The position numbers and the translations under genes are program-made. DNA of 53,041 nt from a virus. This document shows positions 35,025-42,772 of the stretch, in pieces. Location: IMG/VR virus record IMGVR_UViG_3300011415_000004; one strand, written 5' to 3'. The stretch's first letter is position 1; every line of letters starts with the position of its first letter. Under the pieces are notes generated by a model, which was not told where the DNA came from, did not search any database, and worked only from the letters and a program-made list of their open reading frames with translations.

Positions 35025-35075
35025 GACCAGTGAGGAGCACCCCGCTCCTCGACTCACCCCAAGGAGAAGACCTCA

Positions 35076-36008
35076 ATGGTCATGGAAGCACTCACCCAGT
35101 ACGAGCGGACCAGCCCGTTCGAGATGCTCGGGACGAAGATCACGGAGACCGAGGTCGACGCGATCCTGGCCCAAGCCGGTCTGGACTTCGAGGTCGGCAC
35201 GTTCGCCCCAGTGGTGAACGGCTACGTCGATGAGAAGTCGGTCGGCATCCAGCGCCTCGACACTGGCGAGACGTTCGGCTACGGCAAGAAGTCCTATACC
35301 GTCGTCCAGCCACGCCAGGCCTTCGGGTTCCTGGAGGACCTCATCGGGACCGGCCTGGTAGACGTCGTCTCGGCGGGCACCTTCAAGGGCGGGGCCCGGA
35401 TGTGGATCCAGGCCAAGGTCGGCCAGCCGATCACGATCCCCGGCGACGAGGTCGAGGCGTACATCACCCTCTCGACCGGCTTCGACGGCCAGACCTCCCT
35501 CCAGGGGGTGTACGGCTTCCTGCGCCTCGCTTGCACGAACCAGTTCCCCAGCCTGGCCCGCGAGGCCAAGGCCATCTGGCGACACCGTCACTCCCGCCAC
35601 GTCCTCGCCAAGGCGGAGCAGGCCAAGGAGATCCTGGGGCTCGCGCCGAAGGTCATCGAGGGCTTCGAGGCGGAGGTCCGTCGGCTCATCGAGACCGAGG
35701 TCACGGACCAGGCCTTCCGTCGGATCGTCCAGCACGTCCTCCCGATCACCGACTACCAGACCCCTCGCCAGAGGCGGAACGTCGAGGAGCAGAGGGACGC
35801 CGTGAGGGCCATGTACGGCTCTGAGATCGACGGCGGCCGGTTCCACGGGACCGGGTGGGGCGCGGTGAACGCGGTCAACTCGTGGGCCCAGTGGGCGAAG
35901 CCGATCAAGGCGAGCGACGACCGGGCGATGCGACAGGCGATCCGCACCCTCGACGGCACCTTCGGCAACCTGACAACCCAGGTTGCGAACATGGTGCTCG
36001 CACGGTAA
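35076..36008 (+). CDS. DUF932 (phage/plasmid-like) protein
   Basis: About 310 aa with the characteristic SAGTFKGGARMW...LSTGFDGQTSL...LRLACTNQ...RHRHS pattern. Confidence 0.75.
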   Translation: MVMEALTQYERTSPFEMLGTKITETEVDAILAQAGLDFEVGTFAPVVNGYVDEKSVGIQRLDTGETFGYGKKSYTVVQPRQAFGFLEDLIGTGLVDVVSAGTFKGGARMWIQAKVGQPITIPGDEVEAYITLSTGFDGQTSLQGVYGFLRLACTNQFPSLAREAKAIWRHRHSRHVLAKAEQAKEILGLAPKVIEGFEAEVRRLIETEVTDQAFRRIVQHVLPITDYQTPRQRRNVEEQRDAVRAMYGSEIDGGRFHGTGWGAVNAVNSWAQWAKPIKASDDRAMRQAIRTLDGTFGNLTTQVANMVLAR

Positions 36009-36028
36009 GCGCCGACGAGTAGACGCGG

Positions 36029-36062
36029 GCGGGGCCCGGGGGGAGTACCCTCCGGGCCCCGC
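36029..36062 (+). terminator. 11-bp perfect stem hairpin (GCGGGGCCCGG / CCGGGCCCCGC)
   Basis: Read directly. 12-nt loop, followed by TACATCTTCCTC. Confidence 0.6.
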
Positions 36063-36121
36063 TACATCTTCCTCGCCAAAGGAGACGGCCGAACGATGCC
36101 CACGACGGAGCCGATCGACCC

Positions 36122-36922
36122 GTGAACGATAGCCCGAACGCCCGTACCCCCGCCACCGGAGTCGAGGTGGTCTCCGATACGGGGCCCTTCGCCATCATCC
36201 CCGAGTGGGTCCTCGATCACCCCGACCTGTCCGACAAGGCGGTCCGGCTCTATGGGATCTTGGCCCGCTATGCCGACGCCCAGGGGGCCGCCTGGCCGAG
36301 GAGGTCGGTGCTCGCTGAGCGCCTCCGGGCCTCGGTGAAGACGGTCGACCGGACCGTGGCGGAACTGGAGAAGGCGGAGGCGATCGAGGTCCGGGCCCGG
36401 ATCGAGGGCCGGGTCCAGCGGTCGAACCTGTACGTCCTCCGCCGGGCACGACCAGGGGGGACACCAGTGTCGCCCCCCCTCCCCACCGACGACGCCCCCC
36501 CGGGGGACACGGGTGTCGCACAGAAGGAGAGCCAGGGTGAACGAGAGCCAGGAGAAACCCCTCCGTCGACTGACGTCGACCGGGAGCGGGGCTTCGAGGT
36601 CTTCTGGAAGGCGTACCCCAAGCGGAACGGGAAGCGGGTCGGGAAGGCCGCGACCCTCACTCGATGGCGATCCCTCGCCCTCGACACGAAGCACCGGGCC
36701 TACGCCGCCGCGCTCCACTACGCCACCGCGGTCGAGGCGGGCGACACGATCGCCAAGGACCCCGAGCGGTTCCTCTCCCGCGGCTACTTCGAGGACTGGG
36801 TCGACGGACCCGGGGGGACCCCTGGGAAGCCGGAGGGGACCGGCCCACCACCACGCGAGGATGGCTCCTACTTCGCCCCGGGCACCGGGTGGATCCGGCC
36901 CGTCGGCTCCGCGGCGAGGTAG
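36122..36922 (+). CDS. winged-helix DNA-binding protein, replication-initiator/organizer-like
   Basis: The N-terminus FAIIPEWVLDHPDLSDKAVRLYGILARY... is an HTH_36-like pattern. FEVFWKAYPKRNGKRVGKAATLTRW is a motif I recall from phage/plasmid replication proteins. Confidence 0.5.
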   Translation: MNDSPNARTPATGVEVVSDTGPFAIIPEWVLDHPDLSDKAVRLYGILARYADAQGAAWPRRSVLAERLRASVKTVDRTVAELEKAEAIEVRARIEGRVQRSNLYVLRRARPGGTPVSPPLPTDDAPPGDTGVAQKESQGEREPGETPPSTDVDRERGFEVFWKAYPKRNGKRVGKAATLTRWRSLALDTKHRAYAAALHYATAVEAGDTIAKDPERFLSRGYFEDWVDGPGGTPGKPEGTGPPPREDGSYFAPGTGWIRPVGSAAR

Positions 36923-36935
36923 GTAGCGTGGAGCC

Positions 36936-37103
36936 ATGGTCACCCCTGGCCTGCCCCGCACGTACCGAACGCCCCATGAGTTCTCCGACGAGGCGAAGGC
37001 GATTCAGGAACGCATCGAAGCCGTCCGTGAGAAGGCCCAGGCGAAGCGCCGGGGGCGGCCAGTGCCCGAGGAGGACCGCCTCCCGTACAAGGATCCGGAC
37101 TAA
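36936..37103 (+). CDS. hypothetical small protein (55 aa)
   Basis: Translated by hand: MVTPGLPRTYRTPHEFSDEAKAIQERIEAV... Confidence 0.4.
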   Translation: MVTPGLPRTYRTPHEFSDEAKAIQERIEAVREKAQAKRRGRPVPEEDRLPYKDPD

Positions 37104-37133
37104 CCTCGACGGCTTCCTGTCCGAGGAGGCTCC

Positions 37134-37646
37134 ATGCCGGTCCGTAGACAGGTGGCCCTTGCGGTCGCCGTACTCATCGCCGTCGCGCTCGCGACGATCC
37201 CGTCCCCACCCAACCGGTCCGCCGTCGAGGTCACCTCGCCGCCGGACCCCCCAAATACCACCTTCCTCGCCCGAGACGAAAGGCTCCCCCGAGCGGCCGT
37301 GACCTCAACCACCACGACGACCGTCGCGAAACCACCCCCAGAAATCGCGACGACCACCACCGAAATCGCGACGATCGCGAAGCCTGTCGCGAAATCCGCG
37401 CCACCGACCAGCGACCGCTTCGACGCCCTGGCCCGATGCGAGTCCGGCGGGGACCCGACGACGAACACCGGGAACGGCTACTACGGCGCGTTCCAGTTCG
37501 ACCTCCAGACGTGGGCCTCGACCGGCCGGTCCGGCCTCCCGTCGGATCACTCCTACGGCGAGCAGAAGGCCGCGGCGATCGAACTCCAGGCGGCTCGCGG
37601 TTGGTACCCATGGCCGCGGTGCTCGCGTCGACTGGGCTACCTATGA
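37134..37646 (+). CDS. secreted/membrane-anchored Rpf-like transglycosylase
   Basis: N-terminal hydrophobic segment, Pro/Thr linker, then ARCESGGDPTTNTGNGYYGAFQFDLQTW...WPWPRC, which is the resuscitation-promoting-factor domain signature. Confidence 0.8.
   Translation: MPVRRQVALAVAVLIAVALATIPSPPNRSAVEVTSPPDPPNTTFLARDERLPRAAVTSTTTTTVAKPPPEIATTTTEIATIAKPVAKSAPPTSDRFDALARCESGGDPTTNTGNGYYGAFQFDLQTWASTGRSGLPSDHSYGEQKAAAIELQAARGWYPWPRCSRRLGYL
37324..37392. repeat. five TCGCGA palindromes with A-tracts in 69 bp, including an exact 13-bp direct repeat GAAATCGCGACGA (37341, 37362)
   Basis: Read directly. Cores start at 37324, 37345, 37366, 37375 and 37387, giving spacings of 21, 21, 9 and 12 nt. Confidence 0.8.
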
Positions 37647-38062
37647 AGCGACACCGGCCACCCAAGCGAGGGAAGCCACCCCAGCGCGACGTCGAGAAGA
37701 CGCGGGCCTGGGAGCGCCGGTCGAGGAAGCCGATCGCCTCCGAGTCGAAGAAGCACCGGGACCGACGCTCCGAACGCGAGGAGGTTCGCCGACAGGTGAT
37801 CGACCGCGACAAGGGATGCCGGGCTCGGGGGATCCTCCCGGGCCGGTGCGGGATCGTGTCGATGGACCGGGCCCCACTGGAGGTCCATGAGACGGTCCCT
37901 CGTGGACGCTGGGCGGTCTCGTACCTGGTGCCCGAGGTGTGCGTGGCCCTCTGCCAGATCCACCACGACTACGCCACCGAGCACCCAACCGAGGCCGAGG
38001 CCGTGGGGCTCCTGGCGAAGGCTCCGCAACCGGGGTTGACTAAGCCGGGCCGCCCGTCGTAA
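37643..38062 (+). CDS. HNH endonuclease-like protein
   Basis: ATGA overlap with the upstream gene. DRDKGCRARG...LEVHETVPRG...CVALCQIHHDY. Confidence 0.55.
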   Translation: MKRHRPPKRGKPPQRDVEKTRAWERRSRKPIASESKKHRDRRSEREEVRRQVIDRDKGCRARGILPGRCGIVSMDRAPLEVHETVPRGRWAVSYLVPEVCVALCQIHHDYATEHPTEAEAVGLLAKAPQPGLTKPGRPS

Positions 38063-38065
38063 GAT
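38027..38065 (+). promoter_or_regulatory. promoter repeat P5 (TTGACT 38036-38041, 18-nt spacer, TAAGAT 38060-38065)
   Basis: CAACCGGGGTTGAC core. The leader carries CTCACCCCAAGGAG before ATG 38099. Confidence 0.6.
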
Positions 38066-38098
38066 GCCCTCGTAAGCGACTCACCCCAAGGAGATCCG

Positions 38099-38440
38099 AT
38101 GAGCAAGACCGCCAGTGTCTCGATCCGGTTCGGCAAGGCGAACGCTGCCGCCGTTCACGAGGAGTGGCTGGAGAAGTGTGGCGACGGGTGCCGGTGCATC
38201 CCGGTCGCCCAGGACGTCTTCGAGGACGTCACGGAGATCGCCGCCGAGACCCACGAGGAGGTCGCCACCTTCGGTGACGCCCTCGTCCTTGCCGCCGCCC
38301 TGGCCGAGGTCGACTCGAAGGTCCACGGGGCCGACGTCGTCATGGTCACGGTGGCCGAGGCCGGAGCCATGAACCTCATCGCCCTCGGCTGGCACACGAT
38401 TACCGACGCCGTCGAGGCCCTCGACGCGAGGGCCGCGTGA
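38099..38440 (+). CDS. hypothetical protein
   Basis: ORF track. Confidence 0.6.
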   Translation: MSKTASVSIRFGKANAAAVHEEWLEKCGDGCRCIPVAQDVFEDVTEIAAETHEEVATFGDALVLAAALAEVDSKVHGADVVMVTVAEAGAMNLIALGWHTITDAVEALDARAA

Positions 38441-38538
38441 TGGACGAGTACGACGAGGCCGCTCAGCGCGAGGAGGAGCGCCTCCTCGCGAAGGCCCACC
38501 AGGACGACTACCGCGAGGCACGGAAGGAGGGTCGATGA
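38440..38538 (+). CDS. hypothetical small charged protein (32 aa)
   Basis: The ATG shares its A with the upstream TGA. MDEYDEAAQREEERLLAKAHQDDYREARKEGR. Confidence 0.35.
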   Translation: MDEYDEAAQREEERLLAKAHQDDYREARKEGR

Positions 38539-38539
38539 C

Positions 38540-39382
38540 GTGGCCCTCCTCTGGTGCGAGTGGTGCGACGACGACCGGCGCGGGCTCGGGGAGTACCTCG
38601 TGGTGCTCCGCGGGTTCCCGTACCGCCGCCACCTCTGCGCGCCGTGCGTCCACCACGGCCTCGACGACGACCTGATCGCGTCGATCCAGCATCCCAACCC
38701 ATGGCCGACGTCACCCCCGAAGTACGAGCGAACCTGGACGAGTCCCAGCCACCGCTCCTCGGTGAGAAGGGCCCGTCGACGCGCCACCTCGTCCACGAGC
38801 ACGAGCGAACCCTCCCCCCCCAAGGCGAACAAGGCCGACCCGAACCAGTTGACCCTCGGCCTCGACGTCGAGGTCCACCCACCCCAACCCAGGAAGACCA
38901 TCGTCCACGAGCACACCCGCCGCAACCCTCACCCCCGAAGGAGCACCATGACCACCGCAACCGAGCCCGAGAGCCGGACCGAAGTGACCGCGCTCAAGGA
39001 CGCCCAAGCCCAGGCCCGGGCCTCTGACCCGGTGACCTCACACGAGGCCGCCAAGGTGGCGACACGTTCGCTCCGCCGTCGGATGGCCGACGTCCTCCAG
39101 ACCTTCCAGTGGGAGGCCACGAAGACGGCCAAGTCCCCCGGGGCCGTCGAGGGCCTCACCGACGAGGATCTCCAGCGGTGCTTCACGAACTACACGTTCA
39201 AGGGCTCACCCTCGGGGGTCCGCACCGCCCGGAAGGACCTCTGTCGCGAGGGGCTCCTGGAGCCGAAGATGCTCGGGGAGATCGAGGACACCCGACCGAC
39301 GGCCCTCGGGAACCCGGCGATCGTCTACGTCCTCACCGACGCGGGCGCGGCGTTCGACCTCCACCCAGGGGACCGGACGTGA
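38540..39382 (+). CDS. 280-aa ORF as assembled (zinc ribbon + odd linker + wHTH); probably composite
   Basis: ORF track. The N-terminus WCEWC...CAPC is plausible. The stretch 38701-38821 reads better in another frame. The C-terminal part is the wHTH gene listed next. Confidence 0.35.
   Translation: MALLWCEWCDDDRRGLGEYLVVLRGFPYRRHLCAPCVHHGLDDDLIASIQHPNPWPTSPPKYERTWTSPSHRSSVRRARRRATSSTSTSEPSPPKANKADPNQLTLGLDVEVHPPQPRKTIVHEHTRRNPHPRRSTMTTATEPESRTEVTALKDAQAQARASDPVTSHEAAKVATRSLRRRMADVLQTFQWEATKTAKSPGAVEGLTDEDLQRCFTNYTFKGSPSGVRTARKDLCREGLLEPKMLGEIEDTRPTALGNPAIVYVLTDAGAAFDLHPGDRT
38948..39382 (+). CDS. winged-helix DNA-binding protein
   Basis: CCTCACCCCCGAAGGAG box 4 nt upstream of the ATG. SDPVTSHEAAKVA...RTARKDLCREGLLE...AIVYVLTDAG is typical of actinophage wHTH proteins. 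Confidence 0.6.
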   Translation: MTTATEPESRTEVTALKDAQAQARASDPVTSHEAAKVATRSLRRRMADVLQTFQWEATKTAKSPGAVEGLTDEDLQRCFTNYTFKGSPSGVRTARKDLCREGLLEPKMLGEIEDTRPTALGNPAIVYVLTDAGAAFDLHPGDRT

Positions 39383-39585
39383 TCGGGACCGTCATCCTCT
39401 GCGCGCTCCTGGCCGCCGCCTTCTGGGCCGTCATCACCGGCCGCCTCCGGCTGGGCCCCGAGCGGGAGCCTATGGCGTGGTACGTCCACGAAGCCCCCGA
39501 CGGCTCCCTCCGGTTCACCCCCACGGAGCCGTGGCGCGTCGTACCCGCGCCGCCCTTCGACTGGTCCGAACACGCCGACCTCTGA
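39379..39585 (+). CDS. small membrane protein
   Basis: GTGA overlap with the upstream gene. VIGTVILCALLAAAFWAVITG. Confidence 0.5.
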   Translation: MIGTVILCALLAAAFWAVITGRLRLGPEREPMAWYVHEAPDGSLRFTPTEPWRVVPAPPFDWSEHADL

Positions 39586-39651
39586 CCGTCTACGATCCGT
39601 AGCCCACCCACTTCCTCGCCACCGAAGGACGACGAACATGAGCCACGCGAC

Positions 39652-40053
39652 GTGAAGGGTCGACCCGTCGCCCAGGTCGACGTCGAGAATGAACTCCTCG
39701 GCTGGGTCGACCACCTGGAGGTACTCACGAACGGGGGCCACTCCGAGATGGTCGACGCCGAATTCGAGGGGTATGACGACCTCCTCGACCAGGCGGCCGA
39801 GGCCGAGGCGGACTGGAAGATCCAGGAGGCCTCCGAACTGGTGGCCCTCGCGGACCGTCCGAGGGAGGAGGGCAAGCGGGCCGAGGCGGAGTACCTCCGC
39901 AAGGCCCGGGTCCTCGCCCTCCACCGCGACAAGTTCCGGGCCTACAAGATGACGGCCGCCGTGAGGGAGGCGCGCAAGGAGGCCCTGGTCACTACCCGGG
40001 CCCGATGCGATGCCCTCCGCACGGTGTGCGCGAACACCCGCACTCAGACCTAG
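39652..40053 (+). CDS. hypothetical coiled protein
   Basis: ORF track (GTG start). Confidence 0.5.
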   Translation: MKGRPVAQVDVENELLGWVDHLEVLTNGGHSEMVDAEFEGYDDLLDQAAEAEADWKIQEASELVALADRPREEGKRAEAEYLRKARVLALHRDKFRAYKMTAAVREARKEALVTTRARCDALRTVCANTRTQT

Positions 40054-40120
40054 CCCACGACCACCCGGGGTGATATCGTCCCGGGTTGACGATCCCCACC
40101 CCCCAGGAGAACCCGCCGAG

Positions 40121-40375
40121 ATGGCCTCACGATCCGGAAGCCGCGCACCATCCAACCCGAAGACGAAGGCCCAGCGCCTGACGCGTGTCGGTGAACTCAC
40201 CGAGCGGATCACGGCGCGTCTGGAGGGCGTCGAGAACCTCGCGGCGGACCGGAACCGGATCGTGAAGGAACTCATCGAGAAGGATGGCGCGACCTACAAC
40301 GAGATCGGTGAGGCGTGCGGCACGTCCGCCCAGGCGATCCACAAGGCCCTCCACAAGCGGGCCGCGAGGACGTAG
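40121..40375 (+). CDS. HTH DNA-binding protein (sigma region-4-like)
   Basis: In frame with ORF 40010..40375. ATYNEIGEACGTSAQAIHKAL. CCCCAGGAG box upstream. Confidence 0.55.
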   Translation: MASRSGSRAPSNPKTKAQRLTRVGELTERITARLEGVENLAADRNRIVKELIEKDGATYNEIGEACGTSAQAIHKALHKRAART

Positions 40376-40442
40376 GCGGAACCTCCTCGACTCGTCAACC
40401 CCAGGTGGTTACCCTGGGTTGTCGACGGGCAAAGGAGGGATC

Positions 40443-40835
40443 ATGCTCGCCACCCGAAACCACTTCACCAGTGACGAGGCCTGTCGGCTCGCCGGGGTCT
40501 CGTACCGCCAGGCCGACTATTGGGTCCGGCTCGGGCTCATCGAGCCCATGGTCCAAGCCACCGGCTCCGGCTCTCGCCGTCGCTTCTGCCTGGAGGACGT
40601 CGTGGCCCTCCGGGTCGTCCACCTCCTCATGCGGCACCGGCTCCCCCAGGAGACGATCCGCGAGGTCCTCGGGAGCCTCGGGGCGGACAAGCCCCTCATC
40701 TGGATCCGGGACGGGCGCGCCACCTCGGGGGACGCGTTCGACTTCCTCGGGGAGGCCGACCACCTCAAGGGCGACGAGGTCGTCCTCGTCTTCTCCCCGG
40801 CCGCCATGCTGGAGGAACTCCACAACCGGGGTTGA
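40443..40835 (+). CDS. MerR-family HTH protein
   Basis: FTSDEACRLAGVSYRQADYWVRLGLIEP...GSGSRRRFCLEDVVALRVV. Confidence 0.7.
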   Translation: MLATRNHFTSDEACRLAGVSYRQADYWVRLGLIEPMVQATGSGSRRRFCLEDVVALRVVHLLMRHRLPQETIREVLGSLGADKPLIWIRDGRATSGDAFDFLGEADHLKGDEVVLVFSPAAMLEELHNRG

Positions 40836-40861
40836 CCGGGAGGCCGTGAGGATGGTACGGT
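40823..40861 (+). promoter_or_regulatory. promoter repeat P6 (TTGACC 40832-40837, 18-nt spacer, TACGGT 40856-40861)
   Basis: CAACCGGGGTTGAC core. The leader carries CCTCACCCCAAGGAGG before GTG 40901. Confidence 0.5.
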
Positions 40862-40900
40862 CCCCACCGTCAAGCCAACCCTCACCCCAAGGAGGCCCCA

Positions 40901-41478
40901 GTGGCCCGAGTCACCCACGTTGAGAAGGCCCGCAAGGACCAGGGCACCTGTTCCAAGTGCGGGGACGCCATCCCCAAGGGAGCGCCCTACCGGCACGCCT
41001 CGCCCGGCTTCCGAGGCTCCAAGATCGTCCGGTGCATGAAGCCCCCGAGTGTGCGTTCCGCACGAGCGACCTGACGACCTCACACCTGGCCGAGGTGTAC
41101 GCCGCCCAGGAGGCCGCCGCCGATGGCCTCTACGAGGACGGCCTCGACCTCGAAGGGATCAAGTCCCTCCTCCAGGACGTGGCCGACGCCGCCCGCGAGG
41201 TGGCCTCCACCTATGAGGAGGCGGCCGAGGCGATGGGTGAGGCGGGCTACGAGAACCAGGAGCGAGCCGACGCGCTGGAGTCCTACGCCGACGAACTCGA
41301 AGGCTTCGAGGCCGACGCCGACTGTGAGGAGTGCGAAGGCACCGGCCACCTTGAAGCGGACCCCGCCGCCGGGGAAGACGCCGAACTCCCCGAGTGCCTC
41401 GTGTGCGACGGTACCGGCCACGACCTCGACGCCGTCCGCGAGGAGGCCCAGGCGGCCCTCGATGGGCTGGAGGTCTGA
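40901..41478 (+). CDS. double zinc-finger protein (CxxC N-terminus; two CxxCxGTGH knuckles at the C-terminus); needs a -1 frame change at C5 41042-41046
   Basis: The frame from GTG 40901 stops at 41074. ORF 40957..41478 continues naturally as ...RCMKPPECAFRTSDL... if one C is re-read. Confidence 0.5.
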
Positions 41479-41480
41479 CC

Positions 41481-42500
41481 GTGAGGATCAAGTACGAGGA
41501 CTGGAAGCCTGGGGCCGATGCGATCCAGGTGATCGCCCAAGCCGACGCCATCTGTCGCGACTACCGAGCCCAGGGCTACGACCTGACTCTCCGCCAGTTG
41601 TATTACCAGTTCGTCGCGAGGGCCCTCATCCCGAACACCGACCGCTCCTACAAGCGCCTCGGGTCGATCGTCAACAAGGCCCGGATGGCCGGGCTCCTCG
41701 ACTGGGACTACATCGTGGACCGGACCCGTAACATCCGGAGCGTAGGTCACTTCAAGGATCCGGCCGCCATCATCGACGTCGCCACCCGAGCGTTCGCACT
41801 CGACAAGTGGGCGACCCAGTCCACCCGGGTTGAGGTCTGGGTGGAGAAGGAGGCTCTGGCCGGGGTCGTCGGTCAGGTAGCGGATCGTCTCGACGTCGCC
41901 TGGTTCTCATGCCGCGGGTACGTCTCCCAGTCCGAACTCTGGGGGGCGGCCCAGCGCCTCATGGGCTACGTCGAGAGTGGGCAGAGGGTGGTCGTCCTCC
42001 ATCTGGGCGACCATGACCCCAGCGGGATCGACATGACCCGCGACATCACCGACCGCCTCCGCACCTTCTCGACCCAGGACTACCTCAACGTCCACGCCGA
42101 CGAGTGGACCGACGACGGGAACACGACCGTCGGGGAGATCCTCCGGGAGATGCGCGTCAAGGTCGGCCTCTCGGCCGTCGGCCACGAGAACGCGATCGAG
42201 GTCAACCGGATCGCCCTCAACTTCGACCAGGTCGAGGAGTACCAGCCTCCGCCCAACCCGGCGAAGATGACCGACTCACGCGTGGAGGGTTACATCGCCG
42301 CCCATGGATACGAGTCCTGGGAACTCGACGCCCTCGACCCGGCCACTCTGGACGCGCTGATCGAGTCGCACGTCCTGGAACTCCGCGACGAGGACGCGTG
42401 GGGGGAGATCGTCGCGATCGAAGACCGCGGCCGGTCGCTCCTCACCGAGTGTTCGGACCGCTGGGAGGACGTCGTCACCCTCCTCGAAGGAGGCGTGTGA
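41481..42500 (+). CDS. Topo VI subunit A / Spo11-like protein (5Y-CAP + Toprim only, 'mini-A'-like)
   Basis: 339 aa. LRQLYYQFVARALIPNT matches the winged-helix region with the tyrosine pair. VEVWVEKEAL...SCRGYVSQS...VVLHLGDHDPSGIDM matches the Toprim E...DxDPxG pattern. Confidence 0.6.
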   Translation: MRIKYEDWKPGADAIQVIAQADAICRDYRAQGYDLTLRQLYYQFVARALIPNTDRSYKRLGSIVNKARMAGLLDWDYIVDRTRNIRSVGHFKDPAAIIDVATRAFALDKWATQSTRVEVWVEKEALAGVVGQVADRLDVAWFSCRGYVSQSELWGAAQRLMGYVESGQRVVVLHLGDHDPSGIDMTRDITDRLRTFSTQDYLNVHADEWTDDGNTTVGEILREMRVKVGLSAVGHENAIEVNRIALNFDQVEEYQPPPNPAKMTDSRVEGYIAAHGYESWELDALDPATLDALIESHVLELRDEDAWGEIVAIEDRGRSLLTECSDRWEDVVTLLEGGV

Positions 42501-42772
42501 TGGCTAGGGGTGCGTGGAAGCCACCCGTCCAGAAGCCGAGGGAGCCCCGCACCGCGCGCCTCAAGCGCGCCGACCAGATCCTCAAGGGCGAGGAGATCCG
42601 CCTCTCCACGAAGGGCATCGTTGCTCTCGTGACCGACGTGTCGACCGACGAACGCGGCCGCCGGGTTCTCGCCACCGACAGACTGGGCGAGCGGGTGCTC
42701 TGGCCTGACGCCCAGATCCTCGTCCTCGATCCGGAGCCACCGTCCAAGACCGACCAAAGGAAGCCGCGATGA
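42500..42772 (+). CDS. hypothetical basic protein
   Basis: In frame with ORF 42104..42772. The ATG shares its A with the upstream TGA. Confidence 0.55.
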   Translation: MARGAWKPPVQKPREPRTARLKRADQILKGEEIRLSTKGIVALVTDVSTDERGRRVLATDRLGERVLWPDAQILVLDPEPPSKTDQRKPR

